Notes: generated from the sequence alone by a model not told the origin. A DNA stretch of 63,841 nucleotides, filler included, from Octopus bimaculoides (GCF_001194135.2; 4 parts of 4 records of this genome joined end to end with filler, not necessarily neighbours in it), one strand, 5' to 3'; positions 41,001 through 56,330 are shown, counted from the first letter of the whole stretch. Program-made: numbers and translations.

Positions 41001-42635
41001 ANNNNNNNNNNTTATTAATTATAAAATGAAACTTCTCTGACAGCTGTTTCGATTCAGAAATCTTTAATTTATAAAATTAAAATCATTATAAGATGGATCT
41101 CTTCGGAGGAAGTAAATATATACCGATTAGCAATACATTTTGAGATAATGGCTATAAAACCGTTAATTGGTAGCATACAAAAAGTGCCGGTTACAGAAGG
41201 ACTCAGTCTAATACAGAGGAGAAGGTAGTATATATTGAATGAGAAGAAGAGATTAATATAATATCATAACGTATTGAGAAGGAGAGAACGAAAAGGAAAA
41301 ATGGAAGCAGAAAAAGGCATGTATTTATAAATATATATTTATAATTCCACAGTCCAACATAGGCGGAACAGGTAGTGTATAGGAATGTCATATAATATCA
41401 TACTTATCTATAAAACAGCAATACAAAAACTTAAAGTTATAAAGCTTAATTCAAGAATAAGCAAACAGTGGCAAAATATGTCTTAACCGAAGTTACCAGA
41501 AAGGGATAAATAATTTCTAAATATAACAATAATAATAATAGTTCATTCGTTATGTTTATAATAATAATGCACTAAAGCTTAATTACATAAATGAATAAAT
41601 AGCAAATCCAGGATAATATGGAAAGGCAAAATATCATGATGCAAACTATATCCGTTCATCCCTTAAGAAAATTTATTTCAAGCCTTTAAGGTATAATACA
41701 TTAATAATAAACTTTTAGATAGAAAATAATTTTAGAAGATTTATAATTATTATTATTATTATTTACAGCATTGTAAAATACGGCACCGTATAATAAAGCC
41801 ATTCGTACCGAAAGCATNNNNNNNNNNNNNNNNNNNNNNNNNNNNNNNNNNNNNNNNNNNNNNNNNNNNNNNNNNNNNNNNNNNNNNNNNNNNNNNNNNN
41901 NNNNNNNNNNNNNNNNNNNNNNNNNNNNNNNNNNNNNNNNNNNNNNNNNNNNNNNNNNNNNNNNNNNNNNNNNNNNNNNNNNNNNNNNNNNNNNNNNNNN
42001 NNNNNNNNNNNNNNNNNNNNNNNNNNNNNNNNNNNNNNNNNNNNNNNNNNNNNNNNNNNNNNNNNNNNNNNNNNNNNNNNNNNNNNNNNNNNNNNNNNNN
42101 NNNNNNNNNNNNNNNNNNNNNNNNNNNNNNNNNNNNNNNNNNNNNNNNNNNNNNNNNNNNNNNNNNNNNNNNNNNNNNNNNNNNNNNNNNNNNNNNNNNN
42201 NNNNNNNNNNNNNNNNNNNNNNNNNNNNNNNNNNNNNNNNNNNNNNNNNNNNNNNNNNNNNNNNNNNNNNNNNNNNNNNNNNNNNNNNNNNNNNNNNNNN
42301 NNNNNNNNNNNNNNNNNNNNNNNNNNNNNNNNNNNNNNNNNNNNNNNNNNNNNNNNNNNNNNNNNNNNNNNNNNNNNNNNNNNNNNNNNNNNNNNNNNNN
42401 NNNNNNNNNNNNNNNNNNNNNNNNNNNNNNNNNNNNNNNNNNNNNNNNNNNNNNNNNNNNNNNNNNNNNNNNNNNNNNNNNNNNNNNNNNNNNNNNNNNN
42501 NNNNNNNNNNNNNNNNNNNNNNNNNNNNNNNNNNNNNNNNNNNNNNNNNNNNNNNNNNNNNNNNNNNNNNNNNNNNNNNNNNNNNNNNNNNNNNNNNNNN
42601 NNNNNNNNNNNNNNNNNNNNNNNNNNNNNNNNNNN

Positions 42636-42696
<61 letters not shown>

Positions 42697-44222
42697 TGTA
42701 TACTTACACACAATGCTTATGTATTTATCAGCATACATACATAATGTATAGCTAAATAGGCGTCAAAAATATTTGCCCGTAGTATAATAATGCTTCTAAA
42801 CATTGTCGTTCCTTACTACTGCTAAGTTTTATAATATAAACACAATGGAAAAATTAAGCACTGTATCGAGAAGTTGAAGTGTACTTACAGGAAACCACTC
42901 CAGCTGCCTTGATTCGGAGGCAGAATTAGAAACACTATTTTCATGATTTTAGAGAACTCACATGTGCTGTTTCAAGTGCTTGCCTTTAAAATGTTTTGTT
43001 TCCTAACATCCATTTCAAGTCGTAAATAACTTATATATTATAAGAATTCTCACTCTATCACTTAACATTGCTGAAACACTCCGTGTCAATGTATGTCTAT
43101 AGAATGCAAAGAAAAACCTATTCAATTTGAAGGATTTATCACTCGCCTGTGAAAGAAAATTCTGTATTTATTAAAGCAAACTTGGAAGGCTGAGCTAATG
43201 CCACTCTGTTTTGAAATGCCATATCATATGATTTGTGTTGGTGTTGAAACTATGATGTATGTAAATCAATATACATAGTTGAAACAGCATAGGGGTAAAA
43301 TAACGATATCTATATAATTTACAAATGTATACACAAATATGTGTACATTTATAATGTCTGTATATTATAAACGATAATTACACATCGATATTCTAATCTT
43401 TGTTAAATACTTGTGGTATCAAGAACAGATTTGTGCAACAGTGGTCGAGCTCACTATGAATGGTAGTAAACTAACTGCATATGACACATTCAAACATAAA
43501 ACACTGGATTAAATTTGTAACAAAACGCATAGCCTTCCTAACCAAAATGAGCAGTTGTGCAATGTCTAAGCAGTTGGCTCGTTTTGTTAGGAATCAGAGT
43601 GCAGATGATTAGACCAAAATCAGTGTTATACTGAATTCTTTTTGTGACCAAGTTACAGATAATGTAACAGCATCCCACAGAACTTGTCATTTTTGGTAGG
43701 CTAACAAGAATTTAACAGGCACCCGTTACCTACATCAATATACCATTTGATTACACGTGGAAATTAGTTCGAATGTATGTCTCATTCCAATTATTTTCTT
43801 ACTGCTTCAGGCAAAATTCACAACACGTCATTCTAACAAATGGTATAATACATAAGGGATGGATGGGATTCCCTTTTGTTATTACAGCTGAAAATTAGAA
43901 AAAAATTTACATTGCAAAAGCATTGATAGATTACAAGATAATGTTACGTGGCAAATAGAAATTGAGGGTGAGGAGAGCAATGTAAGTGAAAATTGATTGC
44001 CAGTGATATTAATTTAGTTTAATAATATGCTGTAGGGGATGATATTGACTAAATTAAATCAAAATTTGACAAAATGTTCTACTTTTCTTACTTTTTACAT
44101 GTAGTAATAGCAAAAATGTGTATCGTGTATATAAATTATCATTCAGCAATTTAAATTTCAAAAGAAGTACCGCAGAATATACATGGTGGGAGTGCACGCG
44201 CATTTTACTCGAGAAACAGGTG

Positions 44223-44271
<49 letters not shown>

Positions 44272-44596
44272 NNNNNNNNNNCATACACACACACACACAC
44301 ACACACACACGTATACGTGCTTGTGCATGCATGTGGATATGTATGAGTAGCTGTGTGTATAGAAGCACATATACACTCATACACACACACGCAAGACGAA
44401 AACACTTACTACTGAAAATACACGGTATAAAGGGAAGGGGTTTATCCATGCTTGCATCAGTTTCTTCATGACCTTCACAATTTTATTCATCGTTTATTTC
44501 TCGCACACACATATTTAATTTTCCCTATCTATGACGCATATTATTTTCTCTTAATACATTTTGACTACACTCTCCCATCTCTGTCTCTCTATCTTG

Positions 44597-44660
<64 letters not shown>

Positions 44661-45384
44661 CTCTCTCTTCTTTTCTTCAACAATCTTTCGATTTTTCATT
44701 TTTCACTTCTTTCACTCACTATCATATCACCTCATCTCACTTCTTGCTTCTCACACTGTCTTCCTTTTTTGTGTAATGTTCCTATTGATATCCACACCTT
44801 TATGTCAGTCTTTTGTCTCCTGTGTATGATCACGTATCCAGTATTTCTCTCTTCAGGTTGTACACACAGACGAAAATCTGTATATTTTTCTCCTGCGGAA
44901 ATATTTTCCTTGTTTGTCTCTTCTATATGTCTCAAGACGCATTTCATTACACACTCACTCTGCTTTTTGTATTGCCTTTTGTCGCAGTTCTATGCATCTG
45001 TTTTTGTCGTAAGACTTTCCCAATTTCAGTCACAAGATTTGTGACATTTTATTTGTTCGGTTGAACCCTGGATACTTCCCAGAAGAACGATGCTGACATT
45101 TTTCAAGCACAGAACTCATAATTCTGAATAAAATGTTGGCTGATAACTAGATTTAGCTTTAATTTTTATACATATACATCTATGTATGTCATTATTCCGT
45201 TGTATTTCAAGCTTTCTTCCCAATAGAGAAAGTATTAGTTTCGGACCTAGATCCAAGGTTCCTATATTGGAATTTCAACATCAACAACAGGGTATTTTTG
45301 TTTATATGTATGTATGTATGTATATGTGCTGATTTGTGTGTGTTTTTTTTACGTATATATTTCCATGCATATAGTTGCATATCA

Positions 45385-47105
45385 AGACATGCTCATATAT
45401 ACTTAAATGATAAACTTATGAAATGTTCTACAGATTGTTTACAGTTCCAGTGATGGCTTGGATCTGTAGTTTTCGAATTAGCTTTCTCCTTTATGGTGTT
45501 GAAAATCATAATTCCTCAAGATTGGTATTTAGGCAGCGCGTTACATATCCCAGGGCCTCAATAATTACAGGTATAAATCTGAACTTTTTATATGGATAGA
45601 GTATCTGCAGATTTCCCAATAGTTCAGCGAAGATTTTCTCTTTTTCACTTATCTTTAGCTTTATGCTAACATCTGCTGGGCAGCTAATTTCCACAACTGT
45701 GCACAATTTCTTTTCTCTATCCCAAAATCATTATATCAGGTCTGTTGTGTTTACATTTTATTGAGGTCTTCACTAATACATTCCACCAGTACTCCTGCTT
45801 AACATGAGTTGCTATGGCGTCTACCATATTTTGGGTTCTTGTTTCTTTGTCCTCGGGATTATCCTTCCGACGGATTTCATTATAGAGTGTCCTAGCTACA
45901 ACATTATGTCTTATCGGTTGATAATACCGTGAGGACATTTTCTGACAACTGCTTATGATGTGGTTGATATCTTCGGTGTTAACTCCACAAAGTCTGCATT
46001 GGTTGTCACATTTTACTGCTTTTCCGCATCTCTATCTCTTTTGTGCACCAGCAATTTGGTTGATATTTCTTGCAAAAGTATACCCTTCAAAGTGGGAGGT
46101 AGTACTCCAGCTATTGGTCTATGATAGACTGCTTTGATGATCAATACTACTTCCATCTCGTAGCTTTCTATTAACATGTCCATGCATAGTCTTCTGCTAA
46201 TACAGGCTCATCTCTTCATCTGATGATACGTTGCGGTAGAATCGTGCGATTTAGGAATGTATTCTAGGTTACCATACAAGGAATGTTGCTCAAGGAGCTG
46301 CCTTCCAAGTCTTATGATGTTATCAGCTACATGTATGCAAATTTGGTCAAGGGATGCACTTCGGCACTTGGTGGTTAAAAAATGTTGCCGAAGGCATTTT
46401 TGTTCGATGTTAAGCCTCTTCCGCCTTGTTTTCGTTCTAGGTCGAGGCGTTTATGTTGAAATTATGTGTTTCTTTGTATTTTTCGGGTTTTCACATCAAT
46501 AGCTCGGATCTCATCAAGCGTCCAGTCAAGCAGACCCAATATTGGTATGAGTATTGGCACCACAAACACATTATTCGCCACTGTTTTATTGAATGCAGAG
46601 GGTTCTGAGGTTCAAATTTCCTTTATTCGGCTGTAATATTCTTTAGTGACACATGTCTGTTACAGGTGCCATTGTAAGATAAGTTTTCATCCACCCCTAG
46701 ATACCTGTAACCTTCCTCGTGCAATATAAGGGTAACAGTTAAATCATTGATGGAGATGTTGCTAGTCTGGTTTATAGCTTTCCCCTTTTTCAAAACGATA
46801 TATCATTTATTCTGACCAAACTCCAACCTACACGCTTGGAGAATGTTGTAACTATGTCAAGGCTCTTTTTCATCTCATACATATTCTTTCCATAAAGTTT
46901 TAAGTCATCCACAGTGTGTAATTTTGGTATTTCTATTTCCTTGTGAGCGAGTGAGATATCCATCAGACTTCCTTAACATGAATGACAAGGGGTTTACAGA
47001 AAGTAATAACAGCACAGAGAGGTTGTCTCCTCGAAATATGCCTTTGCCATACTGTATTCTATCGGTGATATTTAACACTAATTGTATATTTAGAGTTTTT
47101 AAATC
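45385..47105 (-). mobile_element. R4/Dong-like LINE family 2, 5'-truncated (RT core to RLE); inactive
   Basis: RHNVVARTLY...WWNVLVKTSIKCKHNRPDIMI; VVEISCPADV...IPVIIEALG; upstream RT region with GYRYLG. Confidence 0.9.
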
Positions 47106-47381
47106 CTGATATGAAGTGTCATATTCTGAAATACCAAATAATCGTCAGACGAACAAAGAGTTGCTCAAAGCGAATAACGTAGCCCATCTTTTGAATTGAT
47201 GACAAAGTCTTCAGAGACATATATCGTAATGACTTTGTAATTATCTCAGCTAATAGAGAAGATAATTTGAAACAGTTTATAGATACATGGATGTAACAAC
47301 ACCTGCACCATTTTAACATCAACATTCTCGTACAAAATACATTAAGAAGAAGAAGGAGGAGGACAAGAAAAGAACAAGAGC

Positions 47382-47449
<68 letters not shown>

Positions 47450-47539
47450 TACATATAACATTCTGACGGGAGTCAGTTGGTCTTACTACTTGACTTCGGT
47501 CGATAAATATCAAACAATTGGTGAGTGGTTAGACGCTGG

Positions 47540-50500
47540 TGTAGAAATCTGACTCATCTAAGGCCAGACAGATTTCTTAGCCCTGGCAATAACCTATTTG
47601 AAAATAGGGTATCAGTAAATCCAGTAACCACAGAGAGGTCAGATTTATGTGAAGAGTCTGAAGACCGCTTTAACTCTGAATGGTAAACCGCATACAGATG
47701 TTGTGCCGAAAAAATACTGGTGCAGTGTAACCGTAAAATCAATATCATCATATGGTAAGTTTAAATATCAGCATAATCGGGGGGAATTCCGACCTTTTGG
47801 TCTTCTGCAACACAGCAAGTCTGGCCGATCGTCATTCAATTATCGTTGTGCAAAAAGCTAATTGCAAACATAAAATCAACAGGTTAAGCAATAGAATGTT
47901 CTCTAAAAATGGTCAAGCGTAGCGAGGATTAAGAAAAACAACAATGTATGCCAGGTGAAATGATGTGTTTGAATTTAAACACAGTGAGCAACAGTTGGAA
48001 TACCAAACACAGTGGATCAGAAATATCAGTAACAAAAAATACTACTCTGACTTAGAAATTGGAGAAAAACAGAGACAGATTAAACTATAAGTATCAACAC
48101 GTCAAAACCGGACTGATGCAGTCGCTCTCCTAAGAATCAGGAGAGCATGACCGTTATAGTTTGCGAGGAGAATAGAACGCCTGCATTTGTAACGTTGGCA
48201 AGTAGTTTACAGCAATGAAGAGAATGTAATGGGAATGGTGTTCTTCGAGAACAAATAGAAATTGTTGCAGTACTGGGAGAGTAATTAATGAAACAGGAAG
48301 GATATGGTATTAGTCACACTCAAGAGAGTTTATGGAATCAAGATATCAAGGTTAAGGAGAAACTAATAAAATTAAACAGCGTTGTTTATAACATTACCTG
48401 TGAATTCATTTAAGATATCAGCCCACTGATAACAGAATATTAGCAGGTACACATGTGGGGAATGTTGACTGTAATGACCGTAGCGTGACTATAAAAGAAT
48501 TTTAGTTATAGAGAAATTATGAACACGAGAAAAGTAGTTTAGAGAATATCGGATCAACCCATAAATAATGCTGGTCTTCAATTGCATGAACTGAAAGTTG
48601 GAGAGGGACGGGATAAACTACTTGCAACAACTTGCTATAAAAGCAGGTAGTAATTTTTACTTGTCCTTATTCTTAATACAAGACCTGAAGAGTGCAGTTC
48701 AATTTTAACAGTTATCTCTTCAAAGCTATAATGGAAGTAACAAAGGAACATATTCGGCATATTTTGCTTTATATGTATAATGAAGGCAACAACTCAACGG
48801 AAATAAAAGAAGTATGAAAAACAGCATTATTTATGGGATGACAACAATACAATACAAGCGGAAGATCTGTAGCGTTCGACAAGGACGTCCTGCTAACTCA
48901 GGTTGAACAAAATCTCATGGTAACTGTTGAGAATCCAGCAGAGAAGCTGGCTAGGATTTGGTCATTCAAACATTCATCGACACCTGCGTGCTATCGGAAT
49001 AGTCAGCCAATTGGGTTAATGGGTTCCTCACAGACTTTCAGGGTCTAATCGCCCGCAGAGAGTAAATGTATGCTCTTCTTTGCTGCCACGTCTCACGAAT
49101 AAACCTTTTTTGGACCGAATAGTGACTGGTGCTGAGAAATGGGTTCTCTATAAACATGTCAAGCGTGGAAGACAGTGGATAGGGTTAACGAGAAACACCG
49201 GTGCCCGAAGCTAACGAAGGTCTTCACTGACGTAAGATGTTGCTATCTGTTTGGTGAGATTTGAAAGGTTTAGTTCACTTTGATCTTTTAAGCTCTAAAC
49301 AAACGATAACAAAGGAGATCTACTGTGAGCAGCTTCAGCGGCTTAAGTCAGTGACAGAAGAAAAACGACCATCTTTGGTTTCAAGACGAAAGGTGTTCTA
49401 TGAGGATAATATTCGCCACATACAGCGAGGATGATATTCCAAAGGCTGGAGCAGATTGAATGGGAAACGATGCCTCACCCAACATACTCGTCGGACATTG
49501 CCGCATCTCATTATAATTTATTCCGCAGTCTTCAAAATAATTTGGACGGTACATATATGAATTCTATAGACAAGGTCAGAACAGTACTGGAAGAGTATTT
49601 TTTGTCACGGACAAGTGAAGTTTAGAAGAGGGGCCTTGCAAGCCTACGGGGTAGATGGAAAAGCATTGTAGAAAATGCAGGAGATATATTTTAGATTAAA
49701 AAGAACTTTGTTGGTCTTAATTTTGAAAAATAAAGTAAGTATAAAAGACTGCATTATTTATGCGATGTCCTAATACAATACAAGCGGGAAAATAACTGGA
49801 AGAAAGATCAAGTAAATAAAGCAGGGAGTGGAGACAAAAGTTGCCAAAAAAATCAGAAAATAGAACTAACCAACAATATAATCAAAATCGCTTATTTTAA
49901 TCAAAATAAAACGTTTATTTGATATTCGAGAAAGAAAAGAGAGAATTGATAAGATCGAATACTAAAGAAAGCAAGCTGTTTTGAGGCAGCAATTCGGTGA
50001 GAAATGGAAAATTACACAGAACTATTGAAGTGAGTGGAGAGAATGATTTTACCATCAAGACGGCAAGTATTCGAAAGCAGTTATTGATAGGTGGAAAATG
50101 GAAAATAGCATGACCAGACGATACCTATGGATACTACTGAAAATGGTTTACAATCCTCAAGAAAACTTCCAGAAACAAGCAAAAAAAAAGATTGTATCAA
50201 AGCAGTAGGTAGCACTTCACCTAACAAAAGAAAGACCACACCTCGTAACAACAGAAAAACTGAAACTAACACTGTTTCAAAATGCCCGCCAATTTTGTGA
50301 AAAACTTCAACATTAACAATAGTTAACATGATATATCAATAACTGTCTGAGAAACTCCTAATGGCTCATGAGCGGAAATGTTCGCCCAAACGCATGAGAA
50401 TATCGGAAGCCCAATTAATGATACCCTGATACGATTTAAAGCAGAATCGACTGTTATGTACTGCAAATTCATAGACGATGTAGAGATGTCCTCATGTAAT

Positions 50501-50600
50501 GTAGAAATGTATGTTATTTGTAGCAAATTTACTGACCACGTACAAGTCCTCGCAAACGAATTACTTTTCGTTATTATTTCTAACAAATTTAAAATATAAT
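47540..50600 (+). mobile_element. Very degenerate LINE-like sequence interrupted by the mariner
   Basis: A-rich with fragmentary frames; YCKFIDDV near 50455-50480 resembles the RT (F/Y)ADD motif. Boundaries uncertain. Confidence 0.3.
48549..49773 (+). mobile_element. Mariner (DD34D) transposon, rearranged pseudogene
   Basis: Degenerate TIRs (tcggatcaacccataaataatgc / gcattatttatgcgatgtcctaa) with TA flanks. MEVTKEHIRHILLY from 48731; VTGAEKWVLY; HPTYSSDIAASHYNLFRSLQN. Confidence 0.9.
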
Positions 50601-51326
50601 CCAGTATTTTGCAGGCCTCTAAGGAAAGATAATTACGTCATAGACAAGCACAATGAGGGAAAAGGAAAATAGAAATACAGATCAAATAAATCTTTCAAGT
50701 GCACAATTTTGTTCTATTTTGTTTATAATCACACTTATTTCTCTTGGTTATACTAAGTAAAGTAAGGAATAGTGCCCATTTGAATAAAGGAGAGATGTTG
50801 TTGATCGTCTTTTTGTGAGTGCTTTAAAACTCTATAGCAAAGACCAGAATTAACAGGACTCTTCAATGCCAAGCATAAGGATTTTTATTAGCGACGTTGG
50901 GATGAGTTTCGAAATCAGAAATAAATCTCATAACAAGCTCGTAAGCTACATCTAGTAGTTGGAACATAAATGCACATCATACGGCATCAGCTGAAATATC
51001 GCCCATAATTCCAAATGGAATCTGGACGCGTACAAGAGAATAATTGTACAGAACTCTCGATTCCCCAACCCTGGATTATACGAAATATCGAGACAGAAAT
51101 TTACAGCCAATGCACGCACGAGTGAGAACTTGTAGGGAGAAACTGGACGCTTCATCCATGTGTATCATAAAGTATCTGACGTTTACCTCTGGGGAAAATC
51201 CCCGTGTACTTTTCCCCGAAAATATCTCCCACAATAATATTTCCCAGTTATCTACTGATTTTGCCCTCTATCTCTGTCTTTGTCCCTCTCTCTCTTTCTT
51301 TCTTTTTTTCTTCCTATCTCTATCTG

Positions 51327-51364
<38 letters not shown>

Positions 51365-54300
51365 ACTCTTATATGTACTTTTTATCACATTTTATCACTT
51401 TTTGTCTCTTGCTTCTGTCTCAATTCTCTGTTGCCCAATCTAACTTTTTCACCCGGTCGTTATCAATCTATACAGAAGGAAATATGTGCTCAGCTGTTCT
51501 TGCGCCCTATCTATGCGCAGCTCTGTGTGTTTCCTGTGCGCTTGTATGATTTTTCTTGATTAAGTTAATTTTACGAAGGGCAGTGAAGATGCTCACTGCC
51601 AGCGTATTTGTATACGGACGTCCTTGGCCACGTAGAACATATGTGCAAAATGTTGCATAAAATAAACACATTTTTTTTCTTGTTGGTAGTAGATCAGAGA
51701 TCATTAGCTTTTGCATCTTATGGCGGTTAAATGAACAAAAACAAAACTTCGTATTAAGTGGCAATATCTGAAAAATATATTTTATTATTGTCCAACAGTT
51801 ATTTGCACACACTTTGTGCAATTTATCTCGCATCTAAGTTTAATCAACATTTACAAAATATATTTTCGCTTTCCTTTATCTCTTTCTCCACCATCTCCAC
51901 CATCAGATTTTAAATAATTAGAAATGAATACCGGAGAGACATTACATAGAATATTGCTGTTATTATGCAATTAAATATTTCGAAGCTTAACTATATGAGC
52001 TTCAAATGAGAAGTATTTTAATTATATTTTCGATTTTCTTTCTTTGTATTTCATTTTGATAAATATTAAAGGAAGCTGTTAAAATATATTGCTTTAGAGA
52101 CATAAATGAATTCGTGTTTCGTGTTTCAGCTGGTAAAAATTAACAACTTTAATAACATAGATACACATATGCTGTCCCATTTAAAATTATTTTATGAAAA
52201 CGTTTGTAATTTCTAAAGTGTACATAAATTCAATTTAAATAATTATATTCGATCATTAGAAGCAAGCTGGTTTCATAGTAAAATCTAAATTTAGATTCAA
52301 CTAACTTTACCTTGGATATTTCACTGTTTATATACATGAAATCTTATGACAGATACATCATTTGTTTAAATTCAATACAAAGCAATGCAATGAAAATATG
52401 AATTTTTTCTGTGTATTATGGGGTTTCACTTAATTAAAATTATTCTGATTTCGTACTATAATACATATGTCCGGTTTATTTTATTAATTATACATTAATG
52501 TAGATTTCTCACCAATCTACACCCTTTTCCCTATAGAGTAAAAGTCAGAAATTACGTAGCAATTGTTTTATGTACACTGATGATAGAACTTAATATCTAT
52601 CGTGCAGCGACACTTCTCACCAAAGTGAAATATAGCAGTTAAACCTACATGTAATATGCGTATACTGTGTACAATATCTATACAGCCACATAACCTACGA
52701 TAGTTGGTCGACATCAGTCTGATTGGCAATTCACGAACTGTTTTTCTGAAAGTGTGTATGCAAAAAAAAAAAAAAGTCACAGCTCGAAATTAATGCTCTT
52801 AGAAGAGTGTGATATTTAATTCCATACGGGCTTAGTCACAAGTGTCGATTGCATTCAAATGGGAAATGACGCTCTATTATGAAAGTAGCTGGAACAGGAC
52901 CACTCCATTATCAAACATTTCACACATATTGAACACATTTTAGAATTTATAGGCGTTGAGAAACGTGATTGAGATACGCTTCTAATTTTCTTTATAAAAA
53001 ATGTGTTATGCTGTATTTTATCATATATAATACTTTTAATTTCCTTAACCCAATTATTTTCCTCAATTCAAAGATGTAGAAACTATAAAATTCTACTGAC
53101 TGATTTCCTTTGAGCTGTTACGTGCAAATTATATTGCAAGTAGAAACGTTATATGATTTCAAATGCAGATTTACCTTATCCATAGAGAAAGTAGTAATAA
53201 ATTTTTATTTCATCACAGATGCATGCCCTTTTTTCTCTTTGGAAATATTAATCGTTATATATACTTTTAAAACATTTATCTACAATATGTGAACCGTAAA
53301 TGCGATGTAGATACCAAACGCGTATCGGTGTTTTAAGTTACCCGTTATTTTCTCATTGTTTTCATCAAGTTAGTTTTTGCCAACATCTTTATTAATTTTA
53401 TTATTATTAATTTTATCATTATGATTTTATGTATAACTATATTCATGGTATAATTACTAAAATAGGGTATGTTATGAAAATACATTTTCCATTAGTGAAC
53501 CTCAGTGATAGTGAAACGTATATCTCGGAGCAATCATTTGAGATCTATTTGTGTGACTTTCGTGTTTAAAGAGGTGGGATGTGATGAGTTTTCTTGATAT
53601 GTGCAATACATGTACTTTCTGTAGTCGGCATGACTTTATAAGTCCAAAATTTCATCACATTTCGATTATAAAATTATATAGATCTACTTGAACTTTGGTC
53701 TCTAAAAAATTCTTACAAACTAAATTGGACTTATAGAGTGGACGTGACTTTTAATTAATATTGCATATCGTATAAAAACTGGGTTAAAACTGCGTACATA
53801 ATTTTATGTGAAAAATATGTTTGCCCCCCTGTTAGTAACAGGCAATTGAACGTGGTATCAACATTTTTACTCACAAGTATACATTCTTTCATTAAATGAC
53901 TACTTACACATTTTAAGTTATTTATTCATATTTATTATATTGCTAAATTTAATAAACATCTAAGAAAAGAATTAAATGTTTAAGTTATTTCTTTTATAAA
54001 AATCTTAGACGCGCTCAAAAATATTGATTGAATTAATTTTTTCTTTTTGTATTCTTTGCTTTTCTATCTCATTTAAAATTCTGAACCCAATTGAATTTTA
54101 ACCGGAAATGTTTCGACGTGCCATAAAATATATTTAAAGCTGCTTTATTCCAATTTTCAATTTACACAAAAAAATGTTAATACATTAAGAATTTTCTTCT
54201 AATTTTCTGATCTAAAGAACCTCTCCGACAATAAAATTTCAAAATTTCAGGAACTAAATTATTCAAATGTGAAATTTTATATAATTCCTTTTGTTTAAAA

Positions 54301-55567
54301 ATTCAAGAGTTATTCCTCTGCGTTATTCATCTTTGATTTTCAATTCTTTTATTGTTGAAATGTTGAGTATGTATTTATTTTATATATTAATTTCATGTTA
54401 TTTTATATTTGTTATTCATTTATTTATTGATTTCTTTTTTAATAATTTTCTTTGCGTTTTTGTAAGTTTACCAATAAGTTGCAAAATGCTGCCACAGAAT
54501 ATAAATGCTGAGTGATTCATCCAATCAGTTCTTTTTGGTGCAAAACTTTATATTCTCTCTTTCTTGAGGCTGACAACTTATATTTTTTATTGTCAAGTTG
54601 CTTGAAACTCTCTAAAAGAAGTGGACAGTTGTTCTCAACAATGATACATGAATTGTCCCTAGATACGTATAGAAATAGGCTAGGAAGACAATTTCAGAAC
54701 GTCAAAAGGGCACTTGTCCTATCAAAGTAATTACATATCTATTCCCTGTTTATTTGGCGTCTATCATTTTTTGTGTCAAATTAAATGTATCGTGATTACA
54801 TGTAATTAACCAAGGTTCGATTTCACTTGATAGAAAGCAACTAAAGTAAAATTCCTGATAAAAACTGATGCAGTAATAGATCTTTTCAGAAACATATACA
54901 CTGCTGTACTTGCTCTAACAATTTACCTAAAAGTCATGAGAAGAAATTGAGGTAATCTTTGTGTGAGATTCAATCGGATATAAGTAACCACTAATTTTCC
55001 AACTGCATAAAATAGCGATCACTCTCACCAGCAGACTGTCAACTAACTACACATTAGATGTGGCTTGACAGCTTTAGATATTTTATATTGCAGATAGGGG
55101 AAATATTTCATGTATAAATCGTTAAGGTTTATATTACTTACATAACCAGGATCATAGTGTAGTGTATATTTTAAAATAAGATGTAAAAACAAAATCAGAA
55201 TAGTTGATTTTTACGCTGAAAATTTAAAACTATAAAAAAAACCAGCTAAAAATATTAAGTATTTTAATGCATACACGCATGAATACATACATACATACAT
55301 ACATACATACATGCATGCATACATACATACATACATACATGCATACATACATACATACATACATACATACATGCATACATACAGTACGTATGTATATTGT
55401 ATATTTCTACTAATTGCCAACTTATAAGTGGATCTTTCGCATTGCGTTTTTTACAGATAAATCATTGGCCCTGTTGGAGTCATTTTCATACTTATTTTTT
55501 TTATTTTTTTTATTTTTTTGTAGAATTGGTTCTGAATGAGAGAGGAAGATGCAAGACGACCACCAAA

Positions 55568-56330
55568 AGTGGCCGTGCAAAAGTTTGCGCCCACCTTACA
55601 TAAACCAATGAAGATAAAGTTAAAGTGTTTTAAAACAGAAAAAAATATCTATAATGAAATTGTATTACTTAATGTTCCTTTCAAGAAGTCACTGCACATT
55701 GTTAATATTTCCTGTGGCTTCCCTTGGCTTGAATAATGGCTTCAATGCGCCCTGGAAGAGATGTGTACAAGTCCTTCACAATCTTCACAGGTATTTTCTG
55801 TTGCTGAGCTCCCAAAACTCGTCAAGTTTGCGTGGATTCTTCTTACGAACTCTTCTCTTTAGTTCTTTCCACATTTGCTCGATGACATTTAAGTCAGGGT
55901 TCTGAGTTGCTCAATTTTTCAATGCGGTAAAACCTTCATCAGCCAGACTCTGTTGTGTCCACGCGATCTGTGGCACGGGCCTCCGTCATGCTGAAAAATC
56001 TCACCATCTGGTATCAAATTTTCCTTCAACAACTGGATGCATTTGGCACTATTCACGTTACTGTCAATTTTAACCAACTTTTTTGAACCATCACTTTTTA
56101 TATATTAACATGGAATCATACTCTTATCACCAAGCTTCACTGGTTTCGTCGTGTAACGTGTAACTCATCCACATATATGCTTTCGCAATCACCACGTTTT
56201 CCGTTATTGAGTACGTCATGAGGATACAGTGAGGATAGCGTAGCAAACAGTCGACTAGTGCGTCATTTTTTTCGGTAATTATAAGCGGTCGAAATAACAT
56301 AATGACACTTGCAAACAAAAGGCTGAATGT
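55568..56330 (-). mobile_element. Tc1-like (DD34E) transposon remnant with one TIR
   Basis: IFQHDGGPCH...PDLNVIEQMWKELKR...LYTSLPGRIEAIIQAKGSHRKY*; TIR-like agtggccgtgcaaaagtttgcgcccacc at 55568-55595. Confidence 0.85.

Noticed and set aside
52576-52722. C/D box snoRNA candidate (TGATGA...CTGA)
   Set aside because: No proper terminal stem or recognisable guide; such boxes are expected by chance in AT-rich DNA.
53637-53735. 11-bp perfect inverted repeat tataagtccaa/ttggacttata
   Set aside because: Short and AT-rich, the interior does not pair, and there is no second copy in the window.
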